A DNA stretch of 64,000 nucleotides, from IMG/VR virus record IMGVR_UViG_3300027795_000039, positions 32,001 to 96,000 of that record. The stretch is one strand, 5' to 3'. The stretch's first letter is position 1. Each line of letters starts with the position of its first letter. Under the pieces are notes generated by a model. The model worked only from the letters and a program-made list of their open reading frames with translations, made no database searches and was not told the origin of the DNA. This stretch comes from a virus. A program made the position numbers and the translations under genes. Positions 35,001-45,300 of this stretch are shown here, one piece after another.

Positions 35001-36128
35001 CTGACCACGTTCGCCAAGTATGTGTTGATCCGCCACGTCAGCCGCGTTACCGAGATGTTTAGCGGCAGCTGCTTCATCCGCATCTCGGCCGGAATGCTGC
35101 AGCTTTGCGGCGGTAGCTTTTATCTTGTCGCTGTCGCCGGGATCGACCTTGATCCAGCCATGAATGTAACCTTCAGGACCAACTTTGGTGATATCAGGGT
35201 CGATACTCTTACCGCGATAGTCAGGTTTCGGAACATTGCCAATACCGTGAGTGTGCATGGAACCTGGAGCCACAAGCGCGCCATCACTCGTAACCGGCTG
35301 AAATGGGTTGCGTGCCAGCGCGTTATGCATTTCTTCATGATAATGTAGCAACTCAGCTTTACTTGGGTTTTTTGGTCCTACGCGACGACCACCGATTGGT
35401 CCGCCAGAATGATATCCACTTAGATGAGCCTTTAGATCCGCTTTACTCATCTGATTCGCGGGTACATGATCATCTGCGATACCAGCAGGGCCAATGTGAA
35501 GCCAGTCGTGAGTAAAAGTATCTGGTGTACCGGCGACATGGTGTCCACCAATACTATCTTTTACCAGATCAACACCGGCAGCTTTGTTGATAAAATCTTC
35601 GTTACCGTCGATGCGATTACTACGTTCTGGACTGCCATCTTTTGCAGCTTTTACCAGCTGGATGCTGCAGTTCTTATTCGCAGGCCGGTCCACGAGGCTG
35701 ATCTCAACAACTTGCCCATCCGTAATCCGCCCCCCACGTGCCACCGGGTCACGAACAATCGTTGGCCGAGCGATGCCGACTGAGTAAGCCCGGAGCGCCC
35801 CCGCGTTTACCAGCTTCTGCGCGATTGGTTCAACAATCCGGCCCTTAACCCACGTGGCGCCAGTGCTATCAGTATCAGCTTCGACACCCACGCCTGCGGG
35901 ATCACGCTGTGGGTTATGTTGGACACGAATGTTGGCTCCATCCTGAAGCCAGTCTTGGATTGCCTTTGCTGCAAAATCACTATCAATAATTTGTTCATCT
36001 GAGTCGAGGCTGCCATCAGAAGCGCGACCATACACCATCACGTCACCAGTGGCCGGATCCACCTCTGTTTTCTCTATTGGGAAACTCACAAAAGTAAGTT
36101 CACCGCGTTGAGTCAAAGTCGAGGCCAC
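32052..36128 (-). CDS. Prohead maturation protease fused to a scaffold-like region
   Basis: AGGAG site before GTG 36128; VYGRAS...LDSDEQ, NIRVQH, AYSVG and EISLVDRPAN motifs; also Zn ribbons, an acidic tract, a C-terminal coiled coil and one internal tag. Confidence 0.85.
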   Translation of the reverse strand: MASTLTQRGELTFVSFPIEKTEVDPATGDVMVYGRASDGSLDSDEQIIDSDFAAKAIQDWLQDGANIRVQHNPQRDPAGVGVEADTDSTGATWVKGRIVEPIAQKLVNAGALRAYSVGIARPTIVRDPVARGGRITDGQVVEISLVDRPANKNCSIQLVKAAKDGSPERSNRIDGNEDFINKAAGVDLVKDSIGGHHVAGTPDTFTHDWLHIGPAGIADDHVPANQMSKADLKAHLSGYHSGGPIGGRRVGPKNPSKAELLHYHEEMHNALARNPFQPVTSDGALVAPGSMHTHGIGNVPKPDYRGKSIDPDITKVGPEGYIHGWIKVDPGDSDKIKATAAKLQHSGRDADEAAAAKHLGNAADVADQHILGERGQHEMLQHLRKAHAYLGDSHPDEAKEIQGHIDRFGEAAKNGKSSLEEARGDAPEPAKRHAFFGKNEGGASVTTLAEETVSLTLPADVSVAFTPADLAKVLALKSKSSNVGEDKTPGGVDRDSMPGQDFAGKDRSFPIHSPGDVSDAAQSIGRAGDDNHSPEQLKTNIKRIAHRKGPDYVAQLPDSWKNEDSTVDKAGEETEVEKAEDAKPCTLCHGGGKIRDGNVTCPRCHGDGKISTGESDEHGDSQDDDSDDNDNDNAEKSDAPALSKKKKKITIETDDNDDSDDDGDDDDDDDSDGDGGDSNSDADNSNDDADNSDDDDSDDNNDDDDEVNKASDTPIFGKNRATCVKCGGVMKAKHQFCSACGAAAGSEPEKTGAKKSVAEPDLVKGGARSCKECGKNYHADSKRVKCKNCGTKLPAASKSSEVDVTKGVSPAVDSPSPADGVKGHDTKPMAQHREPDGAEVEAYEDDSGMQEGDQNSAPAQPTHLEQPTLKADASSRAMQRILKFDTSQHLGILHDLTCPAFHPSSIAKCYPERDLVDEMNVEEFQQKSLNLTASLPYHQAAKASLLGAHASILKSADQKVLDEARSELHKAFSDANPGPGTAPTPASDIMPGSYNRPYVTMGHAAPSPQQGPPNTTPVVSGSINAEQFTRPALVVGEAAPSPVNNGPMSMAVTQALQNVAMANDMMSGLRATGGSIPGSVPIPIMPQGLQTGLSGVPNVTAMKSRTFYSHASKDQVKAAMQGIHDHVANVFPDLCPMKHDDDDQTASKAVAPPVLGEPVTQDNVVIPRQLTKSATTTAATTIADKVAAGFTKKDLKRQRKIEQIEKRLVEEAAFALAAIPKAEAEPEVTKAETVTGELSVTESDGVREAIENLSKQIAERDELLVKQSKQLKKAQKAIDELSSQPDPAVNAYRGGMLTAPTYLAKQASATQSAVPDMADVQNRTKAMMLHELEDQFRNSADPSQREAAWKSILTMRGL

Positions 36129-36157
36129 GTGGCACGTCTCCTGTGATATAATTAACC

Positions 36158-36499
36158 ATGAAACATAAGTCAAAGCGTCAACTTAAGAAGCACTACAAAT
36201 ATCGTACTAACACAAAAAAACTTCCGAAATCTATTACCGTAACAGCCAGTACACCAACACAAACCGATAAAGTAGCAGACTGGCGCGTAGTTATCGCTGA
36301 ACTTCACGCGCTGGCTGATTCTTTGAATCTTCTCGAGAAATTCGGTGTCACCGTGGAATTGGCTCACGGTGCTGTTGTCACTGACGCAGGTTACGTCCTC
36401 GCCATCGGTGGTGAAGCTGAGGATGCAAAGTGGCAGGTTCGCACCAGGCGACTAACTGAATTCACACCTGAACCATTTACGTACGATGAGGATGATTAA
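36158..36499 (+). CDS. Hypothetical protein, probably leaderless
   Basis: TG-A-TATAAT 5 nt before the ATG; divergent from the protease gene. Confidence 0.65.
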   Translation: MKHKSKRQLKKHYKYRTNTKKLPKSITVTASTPTQTDKVADWRVVIAELHALADSLNLLEKFGVTVELAHGAVVTDAGYVLAIGGEAEDAKWQVRTRRLTEFTPEPFTYDEDD

Positions 36500-36915
36500 A
36501 CAGAAACTGTCACTGATTCACGATTTTCACCGAAGCTGATGATTGCCTGGTCCACATCATCAGTACTTTCGATTTTAACAACTGACCGCGTTACCGGGTT
36601 AGTTACTTCATCGACACCGAAACCAGCAGCACCATATGGCATATCAGACAGTGTGGTAAACAGATCACCCTGTGATAGGATGTCTTGCACCAACTCAACT
36701 CGGCTACTCGATGTCAGCCGAAGACCGACAACATCACCGTATGGATTTGGTGAACCTGTCCAGCTACGATGACATAGCGCGTTGAAGTCAGCTACCTTCA
36801 TCATCATCATCAGCTTTATCCGCATTATCCGCGGCGTTAGTATCATCATCAACGAACTGGATATCACCGGGTTGCCAGGTAAACCGTGATTTGTTATCTG
36901 GTTTACTGGTATCAC
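36496..36915 (-). CDS. Hypothetical protein (true start likely near 36798)
   Basis: One of several small coupled ORFs downstream of the ART gene. Confidence 0.45.
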   Translation of the reverse strand: MIPVNQITNHGLPGNPVISSSLMMILTPRIMRIKLMMMMKVADFNALCHRSWTGSPNPYGDVVGLRLTSSSRVELVQDILSQGDLFTTLSDMPYGAAGFGVDEVTNPVTRSVVKIESTDDVDQAIISFGENRESVTVSV

Positions 36916-37062
36916 TTACCGGTGTCTTCTTGCTTAGTTTGTTTTCTTTGCTCATCACGTTTTTGCTTTCCATCATCTTGAGCTGGTGACTGCTGCTCAA
37001 ACGCAGTCAACAGCTCATCATCAACGTTAAAGTCTTCAGGGAACCAGCCAGGTAGTCCGGAG

Positions 37063-40000
37063 TCAGTGGGCACTGAAATCCTTTTGGGTTACATAAACGT
37101 TCATGATGCCATCTGCTGTCTGCACTTTGTCCACTGAGTACCGGCCACCAGTAACCACTTCACCTTCATTGAACAAAGACAATTTTGACAGACTCAAACC
37201 CTTCGCCCCGGGAGAGGTATGTATAATTACTTTTGTCTTCCCCGGTTCACCAGTCTTATCTGCGAAACTGGCTGCCCACTCTGGTTTAGTCGTCCAGGAC
37301 GCGACTGGCATATCCATGGTTTGACCAGGTTGGAACATCCGCTTCGCATCGGCATCACCCAACGTAATACCACGCGATATCTCACCATGCTGCACATCAG
37401 CATCTTTGTCAACCATACCGAGGAACTTGTGCGCTTCCTGGCAGCCATTCCCACAATTTTTCGGTGGTGTGTTCGTGGACAACAGCCGGTGAAGCTCGTG
37501 AGTAAAGTCTTCACCTTCTTTGCCGTGCATGTATGAGTTGTTTGAGTACCGGAATGAGTTGGACCAGATACTAACGAGGTGTTGCTTTGTGGCCGTTGAC
37601 AGCTCACCCGGCTTCGGTACTCGTGCCAATGCAGCCGGTGTGGTTGTTCCCGCAATAGCCTTAACAGCCTCAGCTGGCGTCTTATGGGTGGTGGTTGTAC
37701 CATCACCATGCGTGGCTTCAAATGATCCACCTGGCATATAACGAACCGCGCCAACTTCAGCGCCAGTTTTCTTGCTAACGACTGATCCATCATCATTAAG
37801 TTTGATGTCTGCCGATTTTACAGATGATGCTGGTGTAGCTGTCTTCGGTTTACCAGCTGAATCACTAGATGCGATAACATCTGAACCAGCTACCTTCTTC
37901 GGCTTCGCCTCAGTTGCACCACTGTGATCAGCTGACTTAGGCAGTTGCGTCAAATACACGTGACGCTGGCCTTTTTTATCAACCTCATCGCGGTCAACTC
38001 TAAAATTGCTATTGCGATTCAAAATCAACTCAGATTCCGTGGGTACAAATGATGCAGAACCTGGTTTGACAACCTTCGTGCCCTTTGGCACAGTGATATG
38101 CATAATAGCTGAATCAACACCTTCACCGAAGTTTTTCTCGGCTATGTCCGGTTCAGCACTCGTACTAACGTACGCTTTATCGCTAAACGTTTTACCAACG
38201 CTCTTACCAGCTGGACCAAGTAGCTGACTCGCCTGCGCCATGCCACGGTGAACGGTGATATCTCGATTAAGCGGTTTCGCACTGTCAAATGCACTATCGA
38301 TGCTTTTAACATTTGGACTGTTGACACTGTCAATGTTACCACCACGCAACTGACCATTAAGAGAATAGTAGTCATTAGCGGTGTAGTTGCTAACAGCTTT
38401 TACGGCTGCGGGTGACGCACCAGACGCAGCAACATCAGACATCTTCTTATAATCAGCAAGCGCATTCGCCGCAGCTGATTTTTTATCGTCAACCACGTTT
38501 GTTGGTTTAGCGGAAGTAACCGCTTCACTCGGTTTAGCGACAGCCATCGTGGACTTTGCACCACCACGCCGCGCGATCTCATCTTTAACCGACTTATGCG
38601 CCCGCGATACCTTACCGTCTTTACCAAGCTTCGTCGCACGGTTCGCGAATGCCTGGTCAGCGGCCTTCAGATCGTCATCTGAAGCATCGTGGACGATGTT
38701 CTTCCGGCTAGCAGCCGTTGGTGTTTTAGTCAGCTGATCCGCGAATTTACTAGTCGTATTAGTGGTTTTTGATGTATCTGATGGTTTTACGGACTCAACG
38801 ACTTTATCATTATCACCATGTGGTAGCACCGTAACATGAATCTGCCGGTTTCCATTTTTATCTAGCTCATCAGAATCAACATGAAACTTGGCGTTAGGCG
38901 CCATCGTATACTCATGAACCGCATTCCTCGACTTATTCAGTGCTTGACGTGATGATGAGTCACCAGTGATCAGATCTTTTGCTTTCAGCATCTGAGTACC
39001 TGAAGGAGCATGCACGGTAATATGTGCAGCATCCTTACCCTGGTACATATTTGCGATACCACCGATTGACGTCATGGACGTAAAGCCTTTATCCTGGAAC
39101 GTCTTACCATTCATTGAGCCAACGGGACCGAAGATATCATTGGCACCGTGTACCCCACGGTGTAGCAATGTAGGTTCTTCGGTTGGTTTTGCCTTGCCAA
39201 TCAACTTTGTTAGCCCATCAACAGCTTTTTGTTTACTAGCTGGAACTTTATCGTTTCGCAATGCTTTATTCGTAGCACCGAATGCAGAACTGTAATAAAC
39301 CGATTCTGCGTTCTTCTTATCCGCGTCTGAAATCCCACCTGGTACTTCACCATAATGCGTGGTATCCCAGAGTGGTATGCTGGTTAGTTCTTTGCCAGTA
39401 TCAGGACTTGGTTTTTCAGTTGCTGGTTTCTTACCACTAACAGCTGGTTTAATACCACTTTGCTGGACAGCTGGCTTCTCAACACTCGTAACCGGTTTTT
39501 TCGCCTCATCTGCACCATCGAAATCACGCTTCGTCTTACCGCTGTTGTAATGACCCATCAGTGCGCGGACAGCGGTTTCTTTATCTTTATGCGACGAGGT
39601 ATGACCATCGGAGTGAGTCGCGGTAAATTTACCTGCGGCGTTCTTATCAACGTGGCCCACACCGTAACCGGATGGCTTGTGCAGGATGGTGCCATCACGC
39701 TTAACCTGCAGATCATCACGTGATATCTTACCTGGCTTCTCACCACAAGGAGGACGCACACAAATGAAGCCATGAATATAACCCTCAGGGCCACCGAGCT
39801 TAATGAGATCCGGCTGGCTCTGCCAGAAAAAATCCGGCACCACCGACTTGGTCTTCGAGTGTTCAGCCTTTAGCTTCTCCCACTCAGCCAGCGCCTTACT
39901 AGCCGCAGCGCGAACCTCCGGTGTCACCTTACCACGACCAGATGCCCAGCGTTTCACCGCGCCAATGGCAATGGAAATAGCCTCGGACTCAGTGTGACCT

Positions 40001-40257
40001 GACTTAATCAGTGAGTGAGCGATGTTCTGGATGTACGCGGGGAGCTGTGCTTTTTTATCTCCCCAAAGACCGTGAGTACCGAGTAGGTGATGCATCGTAG
40101 ATAGTGTTGCGGTTTCAGCAGATTTAATAGTATTACCGGTGTTAGCACGCTTTTGATGCGCTATGTGAAGTTTATCCCGCTGTATCGACGTCATTCCAGC
40201 TGGGATAATGACACGGTTCCCAGCCTGGTCTTGCCCGGATACCTCTATGGTTTCCAT
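37063..40257 (-). CDS. Tagged polyprotein with three ADP-ribosyltransferase domains and a ChaB-like N-terminal domain
   Basis: LHRG..TSMT..HEY; VHRG..VSTS..ESE; ISRG..ASWT..EGE; tag LIKLGGPEGYIHGFICVRPPCG. Confidence 0.82.
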   Translation of the reverse strand: METIEVSGQDQAGNRVIIPAGMTSIQRDKLHIAHQKRANTGNTIKSAETATLSTMHHLLGTHGLWGDKKAQLPAYIQNIAHSLIKSGHTESEAISIAIGAVKRWASGRGKVTPEVRAAASKALAEWEKLKAEHSKTKSVVPDFFWQSQPDLIKLGGPEGYIHGFICVRPPCGEKPGKISRDDLQVKRDGTILHKPSGYGVGHVDKNAAGKFTATHSDGHTSSHKDKETAVRALMGHYNSGKTKRDFDGADEAKKPVTSVEKPAVQQSGIKPAVSGKKPATEKPSPDTGKELTSIPLWDTTHYGEVPGGISDADKKNAESVYYSSAFGATNKALRNDKVPASKQKAVDGLTKLIGKAKPTEEPTLLHRGVHGANDIFGPVGSMNGKTFQDKGFTSMTSIGGIANMYQGKDAAHITVHAPSGTQMLKAKDLITGDSSSRQALNKSRNAVHEYTMAPNAKFHVDSDELDKNGNRQIHVTVLPHGDNDKVVESVKPSDTSKTTNTTSKFADQLTKTPTAASRKNIVHDASDDDLKAADQAFANRATKLGKDGKVSRAHKSVKDEIARRGGAKSTMAVAKPSEAVTSAKPTNVVDDKKSAAANALADYKKMSDVAASGASPAAVKAVSNYTANDYYSLNGQLRGGNIDSVNSPNVKSIDSAFDSAKPLNRDITVHRGMAQASQLLGPAGKSVGKTFSDKAYVSTSAEPDIAEKNFGEGVDSAIMHITVPKGTKVVKPGSASFVPTESELILNRNSNFRVDRDEVDKKGQRHVYLTQLPKSADHSGATEAKPKKVAGSDVIASSDSAGKPKTATPASSVKSADIKLNDDGSVVSKKTGAEVGAVRYMPGGSFEATHGDGTTTTHKTPAEAVKAIAGTTTPAALARVPKPGELSTATKQHLVSIWSNSFRYSNNSYMHGKEGEDFTHELHRLLSTNTPPKNCGNGCQEAHKFLGMVDKDADVQHGEISRGITLGDADAKRMFQPGQTMDMPVASWTTKPEWAASFADKTGEPGKTKVIIHTSPGAKGLSLSKLSLFNEGEVVTGGRYSVDKVQTADGIMNVYVTQKDFSAH

Positions 40258-41948
40258 GGATCAAGACCATTCTCACTCATGTAAGCATGTACTTGACTTT
40301 GCAACTGCGGTAGCATTTGTAGGTCACCAAGTGCAAGTTGACCAGCTGGATTTTCATGGTGCTGTGAAGCAAGTTCAGCGAATTGTTCACGTGCAGCTGT
40401 GTTTGCGCCAACTACATCAGCACGGAAATGTGGTTCAGTACTACCGGGATACATTATTTCATCAATACCCTGGTATTTACTTATTTCTCTACTAAGCTGA
40501 CGCCACTTAGGTGTACCTGAGTATTCACCGTTCTCATCGAGGAAATGCATCGCCTCATGGACTGGAGCGTATTTGTCGCTTCCAGCAGCGATAAGCATTT
40601 TTTTGTTCCTGTGATCAGACAAAGCGTTAACGTTCAGGTTATAGCCAGCTTCACCTGGCGTCATCTGGTAATCAAAACCGTATTTATTCATCTGTTCTCT
40701 AGTAAGGCTCTTACCAGGAACAGATATAATTTTTACTTTCTTTTTCAGGAGTTTATCCTGGTTTTTATCAGAAATACGACCAAGTGAATTCAGCAGAAGG
40801 CCGTGCTCATAATTAGACTCATCTTCCATTGTTACTGCCTGTGATAGCTGACGGCCTAGAGCGTGAGTCCATTTACCGTGATCATCACGTGATTCAAGCG
40901 GGTTGAAGTGAAAGCTAACTTTCTCAACAACCACGCTGTTGTTGATTTTACTTACTGTGTTTTCATCACCAGCCATGAAGTCGTTGTTCCATGGCTGCTT
41001 CCCAGCCTTCATCGCCAACGCGGCGTGACTCGCCATAGCGAGTGCCATCGAATTCGCATCATCGGGATCCATGCCACCGTGTACTAGCTCAGAAGCCACA
41101 GCAGCAGCCACGTGGGCAATTGCGCCGGGTGATATAGACGTATCTGCCTTGGCAACACCGAGTGCTGTCACAGGCGCTCGGTGGAACGACATTGGGATCT
41201 TGCCGAGAACGGTTCTGGCTCGTGCCGCTACACCTGCCACCATCTTCGGCGCCCCGTGAGTTTTGATGTGCACGGCAGACTTAGCGAAAACTTTACCGAT
41301 TTCCGGCAAATGCTCGTGAAGCAATGGTGCCAGCGCTACCAGTGAAGCACCACCAGTAAAGAATGATAGAGCGATGGACGCGATAATTGTACCGATTTCA
41401 ATACCGATATCAATTTTCGAGTCTTTTTTCTGCTCGTCTTTCAACTCTTTTTGCAGGTCAGCGATGCGTTCATCGACTTGCTTCGCGTGCTCAGCAAGGA
41501 GGTCATCAATCGGTGATTTAGTACCTTGTGCTTCTTTCGCAGCCTCAGCTGTGATTGCCTCAAGTGTGGGGTGATCACTTGGCTTAGCTTCACCAGCTAC
41601 CTCAGCTGGTTTCTCCGCTGGTTTTTCTGGTGGTTTCCTGGTTTCCTCAGGCTTTACTGCTTTGTTATGACGGCGAGCGACAGCGGCAACAGCATCCGCA
41701 CGCTTCTCGTGATTGCTGTTTTTATCCTCACCTGGCCGTGACGCAACATACTTACCACCGCGCTTGCCAACTTGTCCCACGGCGTAGCCGGTTGGACGGT
41801 GTACCACGGTTCCATTACGGGTAACACCGAGGTCAGCCGCTTTTACCTTACCTGGACCATCGTGACCACACGGCGGACGCACGCATACCCAGCCGTGTTC
41901 ATACCCCTCCGGTCCCACCTTCGTGATCTCCGGTGCCATCACACTCAT
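40245..41948 (-). CDS. Tagged protein with a hydrophobic segment and a C-terminal HEXXH metallopeptidase
   Basis: Start MSVMAPEITKVGPEGYEHGW; IGIEIGTIIASIALSFFTGGASLVAL; VHEAMH...EQFAE. Confidence 0.72.
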   Translation of the reverse strand: MSVMAPEITKVGPEGYEHGWVCVRPPCGHDGPGKVKAADLGVTRNGTVVHRPTGYAVGQVGKRGGKYVASRPGEDKNSNHEKRADAVAAVARRHNKAVKPEETRKPPEKPAEKPAEVAGEAKPSDHPTLEAITAEAAKEAQGTKSPIDDLLAEHAKQVDERIADLQKELKDEQKKDSKIDIGIEIGTIIASIALSFFTGGASLVALAPLLHEHLPEIGKVFAKSAVHIKTHGAPKMVAGVAARARTVLGKIPMSFHRAPVTALGVAKADTSISPGAIAHVAAAVASELVHGGMDPDDANSMALAMASHAALAMKAGKQPWNNDFMAGDENTVSKINNSVVVEKVSFHFNPLESRDDHGKWTHALGRQLSQAVTMEDESNYEHGLLLNSLGRISDKNQDKLLKKKVKIISVPGKSLTREQMNKYGFDYQMTPGEAGYNLNVNALSDHRNKKMLIAAGSDKYAPVHEAMHFLDENGEYSGTPKWRQLSREISKYQGIDEIMYPGSTEPHFRADVVGANTAAREQFAELASQHHENPAGQLALGDLQMLPQLQSQVHAYMSENGLDPWKP

Positions 41949-41955
41949 CGGGGCC

Positions 41956-42300
41956 TCACGTTCTATTTTGACCAGGTGGTCCAGATATACCAGCGAAGGT
42001 CGTGGTACCATCCTGCTGCAATCGTTCTGCCCCAGGCCGGTCCCATTCCATAAGCCACTTCGCGGTCTGGATCTTAAGCTGCTGTGGCGCGGGAATCCAG
42101 GATGGCAACTGGGTAAATTTCTTAACCCGCTGCACGTCTTCCTCAGTGGGCGGGTAATGGATTCCCTTAAACAGGTGCTCGAACTGGTCAATATCACTGC
42201 CATCATAGTGCTGGAAATCCCAGGATAGCGTTTTCAGCCAGTCTTCATTCCAGTCATCATTACTAAACGAGTACGGCTGAGTCAAAGAGCTTTCGGTCAC
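41956..42300 (-). CDS. NEDW-SWD family small protein (candidate ART partner or immunity protein)
   Basis: NEDWLKTLSWD...LPSWIPAP; directly follows an ART C-terminus. Confidence 0.65.
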   Translation of the reverse strand: MTESSLTQPYSFSNDDWNEDWLKTLSWDFQHYDGSDIDQFEHLFKGIHYPPTEEDVQRVKKFTQLPSWIPAPQQLKIQTAKWLMEWDRPGAERLQQDGTTTFAGISGPPGQNRT

Positions 42301-42302
42301 GA

Positions 42303-45300
42303 TCAGCCCTTCGACTTTTCGATCTTAACCTGCCCCGGTGCTGCCATGACCACCCACTCTCGTTCCTTCAAACAACCGTTACCAGTCCGAGGAGTCGACA
42401 TGATCAGGTTAGCGGGAACACTCGCAGCAACCTGAACACCAGAACTACCGTAACCGTAGAACTTACCTGCTTCACCGCTGGCGTGCGACCACGATGACAA
42501 CGGCCGCCAGTCTGATTCCGCTACATCAGCTGTGCTACCGGCTGGCTTTAGCTTTGGGTTAAAATGACTACCACTAGGGTCAAGATTAGTCTTCAACCAA
42601 TTTGGTATCTCATTGTTTGCGTCAAACCCCATCGCTCGGTGAAGTGTAACACTCGTGATACCAGCTTTTTTCAGCTCTCGCTGAGTAACGTTATATTGCG
42701 CTCGGACAAATTCGCGAAGTGCAGCCTGGTTATCGTTGTAGTATTTGTCGACCTGAGTTTGCAGATCACCAGTTTCCGCAGCCCACTTCTTCGCGCTTGG
42801 AAGGCCAAACTCATCAGCAGCCGCACGCTGCACACCAAGCGCACCGAGGTGACTGTCGTTTGAGGTTTGCTTCCATACCTCAATTGCAGAGCTAACCAGC
42901 TCTGCACGGAGGTGACGCTCATCTTCGGCGGTAAACGGCTCATTTTTATCTGGAGCAAGATCAGCCAGGTACGCTGACAGCAACTTACGTGCCACATCAG
43001 CTTCATCAGCTACCTTCAGCTTCTCCGATGGTGTATTTGAATAAGTACTAAACGGCTTGTAACCAACGCTTCCATAACTACTCGTTACGATTCCTTTACT
43101 GGAACCAATCGCAGCAAGCACTTGTCTTTGCGATAGTGGCAAGCCACTAGCAGCGAGCAATTCTTGTGTTTCCGGTTTCGCCAGGTCTTGCCTCACATCG
43201 GCCGGAACCGTGTTCTTATTTTGCAACCGGTTTAGCAGGTCTTCAACTATCGGACGGCTTTTATTAGCATTCGCACTAAAATAGTTTCCTGGTTCGTTGA
43301 AAACATCAGCGCTGTGATGAACTGAAACTGCACTAATACCTTCTTTGGCGATGCTGTTAACTAGTGAATTTGGCAAACGTGAATTGTCATTGTTACCACC
43401 GGCCATCTTCGCCATGTCCTGTGTGGAAACACTACTCATCTCATCAGCAATCAGGTGAGCCGCGTTGTTTTTGTACTTACCAGCATCGCTAGTGTCAACA
43501 CTTTTACCGGTTACCTTGTTACCGGTAGCCATGTAACCCTCGGCGATGCTACTGCCGATGTCGCCAACACGGGCGGATGTAAACTGACCAGGTGCCTCTT
43601 CAGCTGTCAGCTTCTCGGCGGCTGCTGGCTTCACCTTAATGGAATCAGCCAGTTTCTTCACATCGGGTGAAAACGACTTTGAGTCATCACCAGCATACTT
43701 ACCATTCATGACCTTAGCGAGGTTACGCAAGCGAGATTCTGCTTCACTTACGTTACCTTCATCATGAAGCTTAGCAGCCTGACTAAGCATACCCTTATAC
43801 TGCGCCTTGTAGTATGAAGCAATATGTGTGTTTTCCAGATCAGCACGCAGCTTTGCTGCTCGATCGCCGAATGACTCAAAGCTAAGATCTTTATCATGCT
43901 GCTTCTCGAGTGCTGCAAGCGACTTCTTAAGCCCCGCTCGTGCAGCAGTGATCTTATTTTTTGTATCACCATATGCGTACTTACTAGCGTCAGCGAGTGA
44001 TATGTCAAGTTTCCGCGCAGACCTGATAACATCAGCAGCTTTACCTGCCTTCAACTGGGCGGCTACTGCATCCGAGTCTCTCAGCGATGCTACCATACCA
44101 CTGCTACCAGGTATAAGTGATTCAGCATTCTTTGTCGCATCAGCGATCTGTGATGCCAGCCCGTGTGCCAGTTGCACCGTGTACGGTGTTTCTGGTTTTA
44201 CTTCACTTGCTTTTTTCAGGCCAGCAGCCACGGAGATCTTGTCGTGGATGGCCTGGATCGCGTTAATCTGCTTATCAGTGGTATTTGTATTTACACCATC
44301 TGTAACATATTGATCGAGGATATCATGCAAATCATCGAGTATGCCGTGCAAGCTATCGAGTGCGCCTTGCGTGTTACCGTCAGTTAGCTGACTGCTAACA
44401 GCGTCTAGTGTATCTTTTTCATCAGCAAGAAATGGCAAGCTAGCCTTAGCTGTGGCGATACTAGCCTGAGCGCTTTCCACATCAGCTGACTTCAGTTTTT
44501 TCGGGACTTTTTTCAAACCGGCTGCGACAGAGAGCTTGTTGTGGATAGCCTGCATCGCAGCGATTTTTTTATCATCATCTGTAGCATCGATGATCTCTTG
44601 CAAGTGGCTAAGTGCACCTGGTGTGTCATTAGCCAGCACTTTGGCTTTAGCATTATTGAGTATAGTTTGGCCAACCAAACCAAATGCCAGGTCCGGATTA
44701 TTCTGCGCAGCGGTAATACTATCATAAACTGCTTTAGCATCAGCTGATTTGAGGTTTTTCGGTTTCTTCGGTGCTTTAGTAAGACCGGCAGCTGTGGAAA
44801 GCTTGTCATGAGCGATTTGAAGTTTACTAAGCGTACTTTCATCATATGTATCAGCATTATCAATTACTGATTGCAGATCACTCAACGCACCGTGAGAATC
44901 ACCCGCTACCAGTTTACTTTTAGCGCTTTCCAGTAGTTTATCATTGCTAGTGTGCGCTGCAAAATCGTTTTGTGCTTTTACTATTGCAAGGTGAATTGCC
45001 TCAACATCAGCCTGCTTCAACTTCGGTACCTTTGATGCACTGCCAAGGCCGGCAGCTGCAGATATCTTAGCATGAATAGCTTTAACTGCTTCAGCTTCAT
45101 CAGAACTGCCGTAATCATCTAGACTATCACTCAGTTCATGGAGTGAATCAAGCGCACCTTGCGTGTCACCGTCTGACAATTTCGCGCTGATAACATCAAG
45201 CTTGTTGTAAGAACCACTACCAGGCATAAAGCTATTCTGCGCAGCGCTGATATCATTCTTTACACTGCTAAGATCCGCTGCCTTTAGCTTCTTCAGCTTC

